Source: a virus
Taxonomy: Duplodnaviria > Caudoviricetes
Length of the DNA: 58,224 nt
IMG/VR virus record: IMGVR_UViG_3300042924_004594
Span: 1 to 58,224 of that record
Strand: one strand, 5' to 3'
This document shows positions 1 to 10,100 of this stretch, piece by piece. The position numbers were made by a program, and so were the translations under genes. Under the pieces are notes generated by a model that had not been told where the DNA came from, did not search any database, and saw only the letters and a list, made by a program, of their open reading frames with translations. Positions within the stretch are counted from its first letter, which is position 1; every line of letters begins with the position of its first letter.

Positions 1-32
1 CCTTTTTAGCTACTGTCAATTATTAGTCAATA

Positions 33-194
33 TTATCGCTTTTGATCTTTTTCCCATTGATCATCTTCGCCGTCATCATCCTTGTCTTTGAAGGTCCAGG
101 GCATGCGGCTGCCCGGACGCTTGGAAAGAAGCCAGTCTGTTTCTGGTGATTCCTCACGGGCAATCTGTCTTGGCTTTCTTTTCTTACCGGCCAT
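33..194 (-). CDS. small hypothetical protein, 53 aa (not in ORF track)
   Basis: Read by hand: MAGKKRKPRQIAREESPETDWLLSKRPGSRMPWTFKDKDDDGEDDQWEKDQKR; starts 2 nt after the stop of 197..1156. Confidence 0.6.
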   Translation of the reverse strand: MAGKKRKPRQIAREESPETDWLLSKRPGSRMPWTFKDKDDDGEDDQWEKDQKR

Positions 195-196
195 GA

Positions 197-1156
197 CTAC
201 CCGTTAAAGAACCCTGGGAACTTATATTTAGTTGGCTGCTTAAAATCAAAGGTCGGCTTGTTCAAGCTACTGGCGTAATCAGCAAGCATCATGTTGGTCG
301 CGTTCGACCCAGCCGAATCCCCTGCCCCTGCAAATCCCTCAAGCAATCCTGCTATCCCACCCATAATATCAAACCCTGGGCTAGCCGAACTCCCAGCCAT
401 TGCTCCTTCACCCATACCCTTCCCCATCAATGCACCCCGACTTGGGCTAGTCGAAGACATCAAGTCCTCACCGAAAGGAGACTTGCCCTCATTGCTTCCG
501 TTCGGGGTATTCCTCTTGTACCAATCAAGTACGTCTCCAGTCGTATCTCGACTGCTCGGTATCCTTGCGGCAGCTACCGATGTGTTCGGATCCATAGGCT
601 TATCCATTTGGGCCGACCCTTTTTTAAAGGAGAACCCAGGTTGCGCATCTACTGGCTGACTGGTGGCCTGATTAGCTGCGGGCATTGAAGATTTAATCTC
701 TGGAAGCAGGCGATCCACACTCTTCATTGCGCCCATGATAGAGTTTGAATATTCACGGGGATTGGTTGTGGCGTAGCCAGAAGTAGCTAAGGCATTGGCA
801 AACCCCATAGGGTCTGATTGCCCACGAACATTCTTGTACCTGTCAGTGGATAAGAACTTGCTGTACTCATCTGCGTATTGATTGAAGTCATTAAACTTTT
901 TGAAGTTAGCCTCAGTGTTGATCACCTTGCCGTTGACGGTCTCTTTGGTCGGCATCCGCACGGACGGCCCACCCTTCCACTCCTTGATACCCCCGAAATT
1001 ATTTGCCGCCTTTGCGAGCTTGCTTGTTCCCCATCCAGATTCCATAGCCCACTGCGCCATGACTGCGTTACTCGGCACCTTTAATCTTGCGGCTACGCGT
1101 TCGGCAGGGATGACCGCTGCCCTGATAAAGTCGATCTGTTCTTGTCTTGTAGCCAT
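197..1156 (-). CDS. GH73/FlgJ-like glucosaminidase, probably a virion-associated peptidoglycan hydrolase
   Basis: AQWAMESGWG, NNFGGIK and GYATTNPREY motifs in the N-terminal ~150 aa; low-complexity C-terminal half; follows the ejection-protein genes. Confidence 0.85.
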   Translation of the reverse strand: MATRQEQIDFIRAAVIPAERVAARLKVPSNAVMAQWAMESGWGTSKLAKAANNFGGIKEWKGGPSVRMPTKETVNGKVINTEANFKKFNDFNQYADEYSKFLSTDRYKNVRGQSDPMGFANALATSGYATTNPREYSNSIMGAMKSVDRLLPEIKSSMPAANQATSQPVDAQPGFSFKKGSAQMDKPMDPNTSVAAARIPSSRDTTGDVLDWYKRNTPNGSNEGKSPFGEDLMSSTSPSRGALMGKGMGEGAMAGSSASPGFDIMGGIAGLLEGFAGAGDSAGSNATNMMLADYASSLNKPTFDFKQPTKYKFPGFFNG

Positions 1157-1164
1157 ATGTTTAT

Positions 1165-1194
1165 ATTCTAATTACTTACGATTTGTGGTCAATA
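1165..1194 (-). promoter_or_regulatory. sigma70-like promoter, copy of the phage motif
   Basis: TTGACC-16-TAGAAT ending 8 nt before the ATG at 1156; fits TATTGAC-N8-G-N2-AGTA. Confidence 0.6.
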
Positions 1195-1197
1195 ATC

Positions 1198-4100
1198 CTA
1201 CAGCTTTACGCCTTGTTTGATTAGCTCGGGAATCAGCTGTCTCTTTGCGGCTTCTGTAGCCTGCTGCCCAAGCTTGCTTAGGTAGGCATCCAACTGCTCG
1301 TTGCTCATTCGTTTCGCCATTGCAAAGAAGTTTGGTCCACGGACAGTCTGGGCAATTACTTTTCCGCGTAGTTCTCTAAACCTATAGAACTGCTCGTCGG
1401 TGAGAGGCTGATTGCGAATCTCCTGCCCTCTTTTAGCGTCCGGGATAAATGCGTTCTTAGACATCAAAAGTTTAAACAATGGATCGGCTTCCGAAGTATT
1501 GATAAACCTCTGCAAGAACAGCATCCGTTCCGCACCGGCTGGCGCATTAACCACTTCACCCAGCACGTTGAGCTGAGGCTTTCCGGTCATGCTCTTTAAG
1601 ATAGGTACTTTATTAAAGAGCCACTTACCCACAAAACTTGTCTGCTGTTGCGGGATAGGCTCGAAGATCTGATCCGCTTGCTTGATAACATTAGGTACTA
1701 CGTTGCCCACCGCGCCCGAGAAGAAGTTCTGTAGTGCCGATACGTCTTGGCCTTCAGATGTTCCGTCGAGCATCTTAAACAAGTTCGACAATCCTTGAAG
1801 GAATGACTGGTTGAACGGCACCTGGGCAACGGCAAGGGCTGCGGAAGTCAGTTTCTCGACGGAATCTTTATCGCGACCTCTTGGGTAGTTAGATTGATCG
1901 AACCACGTTCCGACAATCGACAAAGGAATGGCTAAGGGCGTGGAAAGGTAACTTAGCTTGACGCTGTTACCACCAAACGAGAATGAGTAAGGTACGTAGC
2001 CTGCCTCCCGTGCCTGCTTCCTGGCTGCAGGATCCGAAGGTCCGCCACCGGTGATAGTAAAGCCGTCGTCTTGGCCGTCATCGTCATCGTCCTTCAACAT
2101 TGCTGACAACCCGGCCAGTATCGCCATGGCGCTTGTCCCAAGAACAGCCTGAACAGCGTACAGACTTCCCTGCTCAATCTTTTTGATTTGCTCCATTTGC
2201 TCAACAGTTTTAGCCAACCCACTGGTCTTTGTGGTGCCAGCCTCCTTCCAAGCTTTAAAGGCTCGGTACGCACCGATTGGGGTGTAATTGATACTCTCGT
2301 TGGTCACGTTCGATACGATCTTGGTGAAAGGAACAAACAGCGGGACAAGAATTGGGTGTTCCCTGGACAAGGCGCCAATGCCTTCGGCGATATGACCCAA
2401 CAACCCATAAGGTTTATTGTTATAGGTCGAGTAAAGCGAAAGGTCTTCAGCCCGGCGCATGATCGAAGCTCTTTCCGGATCAGCCTGGATCGCTAAGTCG
2501 CGGAGTTCGTACACTCGCTTAGTAAAGTCCGAGGTGCCGACCTTTAGATTTTCACCAATAGCTTGTTTTGTTGCTTGCTCTACGAACGCATCCGTTTGGT
2601 TGAGTAGTCTCGCGGCTTCTTCCTCAATCGAAAGATCGCTTATCCCACCTTCCACATTCTCGATTGCTTGGATCTGCGCTTGGATAGCCGCAAATCCTTC
2701 CATCGCAGAACGACCGAACAATGCATCCGAAGCCGACATAATCCTGAAGATATATTTTCCCTTGGATAGTATCTTCTTCATCAAGGTGTCAGTCCCCATA
2801 GACTCAAGGGCGTTGATGCTGGCCTCGTCTACGTACTTACCGTTTGTCCTTGGGTTAATGTCCCCGTGAAGAAGGATTCCTTTAGCCTCAGCCAAAGCAA
2901 TGGTGTTCAGGGACGCTAAGAATGTTTTGTAACCAAGCGTCATGTATTTAATCGCCAGCGCCGGGTTTCTCCGGGCTGTAGCTGCCGCCACCGAATAGGT
3001 TGCGATATCGGCAACAGCTTTAATAGCTGTCGAAATAAAGTTCATCCAGAATGTCGCTGGACCGGATAGCATAGACATGTACCAATATGCGGAAACCTGA
3101 GGCAGCGCATCGGACTTGGTGGCGTTGTGTAAAATCTTAAGAGCTTCATTAAACTTTCTATCCCGCTGGAACCCGTAAGGCGTTCTCGAAGCATCGACCA
3201 TCATCCTTCGAAGAGTCTCAGCCGTGTTTACATCGAACGAAGGGAACTTGCCCAGACTCTCAATGGTTGAAAGAACAACGTCATCATTGATTGCGCCCAG
3301 CGCAGCCAGCTCAAGGATCTTTCTGGCGTCGCCTGAGATAGCGTCCTCGATGGTGTTACCCGACTTGGAGATCGGGGGTTTCACCACCTCATGCATTTCC
3401 CCGATCAATTGTTCGATTCGCTCCGCTCGCATTTCGGCATTATTCATGCCTTTGCGGTTCACAATATTCCTACGTAGTGTACGGCCACGTAGACTCAAAG
3501 CTTTGCCAAGCTGGGTCTGCATGTTCTTTTGAACCATGTCGGCCAACTCAAACAGCAGAGGCTTGTTCTCATACTCGGGCAAAAGCTTAGCCAGCACGCT
3601 CACAAGCTCTTCCCCGCTAAACTCGGCGTAATGATTTCTGATGATAGTAGCTAGATCATCCTGGTTAACTTGTTTTAAAGCCTGCCCATACAGATCATTG
3701 ATCTGCTTAATCAAAGCCTGGACGCCTGCGTCGTTCAGAGTAAGCCCCAAAGCTTCACCTTGAGCCTGCCTAACCTCTTCCCCGAGCGACCCCAGCTGCT
3801 CGCCCACCTTGTTCTTCAAGGCGCCTCTTGTCTCTGCAAGTCGAGACACGTACTCACTAACCATCCCGGCTGGAGATTGCATTAGGAACTGCTTTAAGAG
3901 TCTGTAAGCAATAGAGATGGTCTGCCCCATTCCGCGCCCAAGCTTGCTCACATGCTTCAGCAGAGTTGAGGCTTTGTGAAACTGTTGTGTCTCGCCAAAC
4001 CGACCGATCGCATAACTAGCTAAAGTAAAGATCTGAGTGTTATCCAGGTTAAAGGTCTGGTCACCAATTTCAACGGTGGCTGTTGTATCCGGAAGCGGGT

Positions 4101-7100
4101 TATAGCTAAGCCACACAGCAACTTGATCGGCACTCAACTCACGAAGAATACTTTCGACAGCATCAATTGCCCCGATGTTCTTTAGATACGCAACTTCTTC
4201 TGGTGAGGTCTTCTCAGTATAGGTAGGCACTCCATCCTCGTTCTGAAACAACCTTGCGCCATTAGCCGCCGCAGATTCCTGCCTTTGAGCGCCGATAGGC
4301 TTGGCTCGGTTCAACGCGTCACCCATCGGAAGCAATCCTTCTGTCTCAATGGTCGGCTCGTTATAGGTTGGCGGCGCTACATAGTCAGAATAGAACCGGT
4401 CGTAAATGGCGCTGAGTTTATTATAAGTTGTATAAAGCTCCCTTGCTCTAGGATCAGAGGAGGCTTTGAGTGTGCTAAAAAGATTAAATACGGAATCAAG
4501 AACCGTGCGTAGCCAGCCCAGGAACGACTTCCGTTGCGATCTAGCGAACTCGTCCATTGCCTTAACTTGCTGACGGGATTGACCTTGGATCAAGCTAGAT
4601 ACCCGATCCTGGACCTGAAGACTTCTCTGAAGCTCTAAGCCTTCAGTAAATACTTTAGCCCCCCTGCTTTTGTCTAACTCTAGGAGCAGTCGCAAAAACT
4701 CGGCAACTAAAACTTCATCGCTTTGCTTCGTCTCGGGGTAGAGTTCGCCAAGAGCTTCCGTAACAGAAACAGCCCTTTGCCCAGAGAGCTTAACCTTGAG
4801 TCCGTTATCTTCGGATCGCAGGAAGTTTGACACATCCCGGACACGGCCATTGTAATAGGACTCCCATGATACACCGCCGTTAGGGAAGCGAGCCCTGTAT
4901 TCTCGTCGGAGCTGTTCAAAATAAGAAAGATGTGCAACCTCATGGGCAATTAATTGATCCATTAACTGCTCAGTCAACTTGTCGTACGTGTTTCTAGCCT
5001 TGGGGTCGAGGAAGTTAATATCTTTCTGTTGGAAAAGTTTCTCTGCTAACAGTTCTGGATTGACGAAAATGGTCGAGTTAACGGGGTCCATCGCATTGTC
5101 GGAACCGCGAACTGTAAACACGGGGTAATTCTCTACGGTGTTGGACTGGAACCTAACGTTCTTAAGCCCCTTGCGACGCGCAGAGGAACGCAAATACTCC
5201 ATCGCCTGCTCTTGTCGAGGGTCTTGGATGTTAAGTAGGTTTGAATCAAAACTTACGCCTGCGTCTGCAAAGCCTTGTTCAGTCGCATACTTGGAAGCTC
5301 CGGATACCTCAGCTTGAATCTTCCTTACTCGGGACAGGTTGGCCTGCCTGCGGTACGGATCGTTGATCAAACGCATCTGGTTAAGCGTTGCCGCTGAATC
5401 AAAAGAACCCCTGTTCTCAAAGGCGGGCAAGAGAGCGTTGAACAAGATATCCCGCATACGCGCCCGATCGTTTTCTGGGCTGATGAGTTCTTCCGGTGCC
5501 AGGGTTCCGTCAAACTTGCCGACTGGGTCAACAAGCTGTTCCATCAACTGCTCTAAAGTAGTTCCAGTAAATTGGTACTGTTGTCTTAGCCGATTGATTA
5601 AAAGCTCCGAGGTATCTTTCAACGAGGCCAGCGGACTATTACCAAGGATATTCAGCAATGCTTTTGGCAAGGAACCGACCCTCTTTGGGTTGGCGGCCAA
5701 GTTCATTGCTCTTATTTCTGGAGTTGATTTATTGCCGATAGGTATTCCGGCTTGTCTTATATCCTTCCGTAGCTGAGACGACCGGCTTTGCTCTTCGACG
5801 ACTTCTTGTTCGTACTGACGAAGCGTTTCACGGACTTTTTCAGCATCCGAGAATTCCTGCATATCGTTACGTACAAGTTCTTGAAGAATGCCTTCGTATT
5901 GTTCTCTGGCAATTTGACTAAGAACAGCCGGCTCAATGAAAGAGGACGGAATGCCAGGCAGTGCCCCGAATATCGAGTTAAGGAGCTTACCACTGAGAAA
6001 ACCCTTACCCTTTCTAGCATCTCCAATCTGCGATTCCTCTTTAAGTTTGACGGTGGGAAACAAAATATCCAACTGGGCGTTGCTTTTGCCAAACACCAAC
6101 CCCTGCTGGGCTTTTTCATCGCCTTGATACACAGTAGGGACATAGCCCGCAGTAAATCCAAACCCCTCGCGCATAACAATGTCATGAACCGCCCGCCTGA
6201 TGAAAGGAAGTCCTTCCCTATACTCAGCCATCTGATTAATAAACGCTTCGTACTTTTTCCTGCGTTTGTCTTTGGTTGGTAGTGTTTCATATTTGTCTAG
6301 CTCCGTGTCGTATGAGTCACCGACTAAATCTCTCTGGGCGTCATAGTCGTTGCCGCTTTGGTCCGGCAAGAAGGCAACGTCGATAGCCTTTGATTCTGTT
6401 TCATTCGATTCGACTTTTTCCGTTGTCCCTTCCAATGAGACGAAGGAAACCTCGTTTATTTTCATGTTAGCGGCAATACCCACCACCCGCTTTGCCAAGC
6501 CGTCAACGCCACCATAGCCCTCAACTGACAAGGCAGTCACAAAACCGTAAAGCGTATTTGTAGGTCGAGACTCGTTTAGATACTCGTCTCCAAACTGTTC
6601 CCGCATAGCTTCGTACTCAAAGAGGATCTTGTTAAGTACAGCGTTTAGTTTCGCGCCGTCGGCAGTTCTGCTTTCTACTAAGGTTTCGATAAACACTCTG
6701 CGCATCAACTCACTATCCTTAAAGTTTTCGGTCCGATTGATGTTTAGACTATCAACCAGGTTGTTTGCCTCTTGCTCAGGGATACCGCTTTTCTTTACGC
6801 GACTTAGGAAGTGCTCTCTTGGCCTCCCCGACGTGTTCGGGAATTTCCTCGAAACACCTGCGTTCCAGCCCTTGGTCGTATCGTTGGCGTCTACCGGGCT
6901 ATACACCACACCACTATTAAATACGTTAACCGCATCTTCAATGAGCCTCGGCAATAGCCGAAGTTCATCAGCGTCGAAAGCTCCCTCGTTAATTGCCCGT
7001 TGAAAGCGAGACTCAACATTTTCAAGGAATAGATAGTTCTGCTTCTCCCTTGTCTTTAGACTCATTATGTTCGCGAGCCCCTTCTCCAATGTTTCACGCG

Positions 7101-10100
7101 TCTTGCCGAATCCGTCTAGGTAGGACTGGGCGACGGTTTGAAGCAAAAGAACTCGGTTCTTAATTTCGTCGTCCGAGAAAGTAGTGTCGTCTAATGAAAG
7201 AGCATCGACCCCTGCCTTTCTTTTTTCCCGCAACCATTCGTTAATGTTGTTACCAAGATCTATGGCTTGTTCGCGCGACAAGGCTGCAACCTCTCCCGTA
7301 GTCATCCTTCTTGCCCCATAAGGCAGCTGACCAACCCACTCCCCTTTAGCTGTATCGTAAACTCCAGTTAGGTAAATACCGTCGTCGGTAGCATCGAAAG
7401 AAACGACATTTTGAAGCGCCTGGAGCTGTTGGTTAAACTCCATGACATTTCTTGAAACAAGAACGGGGCCGCTAGATCCCTTGACCGCATTTAGTATATT
7501 TTGATATGCGCTTGTCAGCTCCTGAATCGTAATACCCTTTGGTAGAAAGATGTATTGGCCTAGCTTCTCTTGCTCTGCAGCTGCAGCAGTAGCGGCTTGA
7601 AGACGCTCTTCTTCAAGATTTACTTCGGCCGCTGGCCGTTGTGGGAGCGGAGCTTTATCTCCCATATACTCCCCCGTACGAGGATCTGTAATACCCGTAA
7701 CGATTGCGTAACCATCCTTGGTCGTGACCGGCATCTCTTTGCCTGTCTTTCTAGCAATATAGGAAATTCTTGGGAGAACAACCATCCGAACGTACTTGCC
7801 TTCGGGGTCTGCTTTGCGGATCAGCTCAGCTTTTTCTGGCGAGATCAACATGTTCAGTCTGGCCGATTTAACCTCTTTAGCGCCCTCGGTTGGTTCGAGC
7901 AGTTTATTGTACTCAGCCCCACCCATTCCACGACCGACTTCGCCAGCGCCCTTTTGTGTTTCGAGCTCGGGGATAGACTCATCAGCGAGACCTTCTTCAA
8001 ACCTTCGCTCTCCTTCACTCAACTGCTTGTTAACGGAAGGAATAGCCTCACCGGCCGCATTAAAGGCCGGAACCGTATCCCCAACCGAGCCAACCCCACC
8101 ACCTACGATATCGTCGGGGGATTGGGCAAAGGTTTTCTTTAAGCCAAAGTTGTTTTCTTCCTTACTGCCCAACTCAATCTCTTTGTTAAACTCATTTTCT
8201 TGAAGCGCAAAAAACGGCTGAAGGAGTCTGTAAAATACGTTTGTAAAGTCTTTTGATAATCCAGCCACAGGAGCTTCGGATGTTACAATGCCCAAGGCCG
8301 TTTTCATTTCAGTGACCATTATGCTGTCCCCGTATCTGACAACCCCGGTGAAGATGCCGGGGTACGCGCGAACAAATTGAATCGTATCTTGATCAGCAAT
8401 AACTACAGGTTCTCCGCGGCCTAGTTTTTCAGCCACATCCAAGGCAAACCGGCCCCTCCAATCGGTAGTCGGGATTTCACCAAGCAATCCTTTAGATTGT
8501 GCCCAACTCAGATCCCGCAACTCTTCCGCGGTCAGACTTTTCTGAGCTGACATTTCACGGGTATCAAAAGCTTTAAGCAAAGTTGTCGGATGGAGAACGT
8601 CGGTATCAGGAACAATGTTCACACCGCCCGCGTTCGGTATAAACCGGTTCCTAAACGAGAAAGGCAATACTCGTAACACTTGCCCCTTGTTGTCGTACAA
8701 ATAAAGGGAGTTGGGTTTAAACTGTTTTTCTAGGCTGTTTTCTTCCGTAAGCCCTGTGGTATCCGCGGGGGTAAACTTGGCTGCAACGGGGCTGACTGAG
8801 CCCGTAAGCTCACCCTTAGCAAAGGTTTGAACTTGGTCGGGAGTAAAAGAAACGGAGCCAAAACCCGGCAAGAAAAGGTTGAGGTTGGCCAAGGACCCAG
8901 CACGAGGGTCTCTTGCAATCGCTTTGGCAAGCATCTTCATGTAGGTGCCTGGCTGATTTAGCGCATATGTATTTTCATCTCGGACGGCCAAATACATCTC
9001 CGAGGCAATCTTCTCGTTTTCTGCGTACTCTTTAACAATATTAAGTGCTTCCTTAAGAAGTTTTTGACTGGCCGGTGTAGGTTTAGTTCCGGGTTTGACC
9101 GAATTTACCGTGTTCACCGCATCTTTAAGCGTTGTCACTTGCTGGGGCGTCAAGTTCTTCAACGCGGGCATCGACTTTGTACGCATGCGCTCTGGATTAT
9201 TATCGAACAGGACCGACTCAATATGCTTGGCCAGATCTTCAGGGGGTAGTGAGGTTTGCGGCCCGCCCTTAAATACTTGGCTCATGTAGCTGGATTCGGC
9301 CTGATCTTTTTTGGCCTCAATCATTTCGGCGGTAGGTGCAGCACCATACCACTTTCCGGTATTCTTATTTGAAGTCTTGGGGTCGTTAATCTTACGAGAA
9401 CCACTGTTTTCAGTCGTAGAAGGCCCCGAGATTGCGGGGTCAGTATCATAATCTTCACGCACTCCGTAGACCGACAACGACCCATCTACGGGGTTCACCA
9501 GAGAATTAAACACGGCGTTTAACTCGCGAACAGACGCCTTCACCCACTCAGGAGAATTCCGTATAACTACGGCTCCGCCATTCCTGATAAGAGCCTCTGT
9601 AATTTTTGCGATACCTGAGTCCAACCAATTAAGGCGCTCGGCCCGTATCTGGTTATCTAGATAGCCGACTGCCAGAGTAAGTTCTCGAATGCGGTCAGAT
9701 ACCCTCTTTCTTTCATCAGTATTAATTGAACCTTTTTTCTTCGGAGCATTACGACCACCATCCTTGGATAGCGAACCAAACTCTTCAGCCTCTCTGGCTT
9801 GCAGTTGCTTTAACTCGTTATCGAGCCTGGCTCTATTGTTCTCTAGCTCGGATGTGTTTGGCTCGGGTTCAACGGTCACTACCACTTGACCAGGAAGGTT
9901 TGCTTGTGCCCCAATCGGCCTCGCCGTTTCTTGTGGAGAAGCGAGCAAAGCGTCCGCATCAATCTCAGTTACCTGCCCACTAGCTTTAGCCTGAGTAACT
10001 ACCTCTGTCTCACGCTCGTAGATTTTAGAAATTGTTCTTCTGTAGTCCGAATCAACCGGGACCACAAAATCGAGATCAACAAGATATTGCGTCCCGATTC

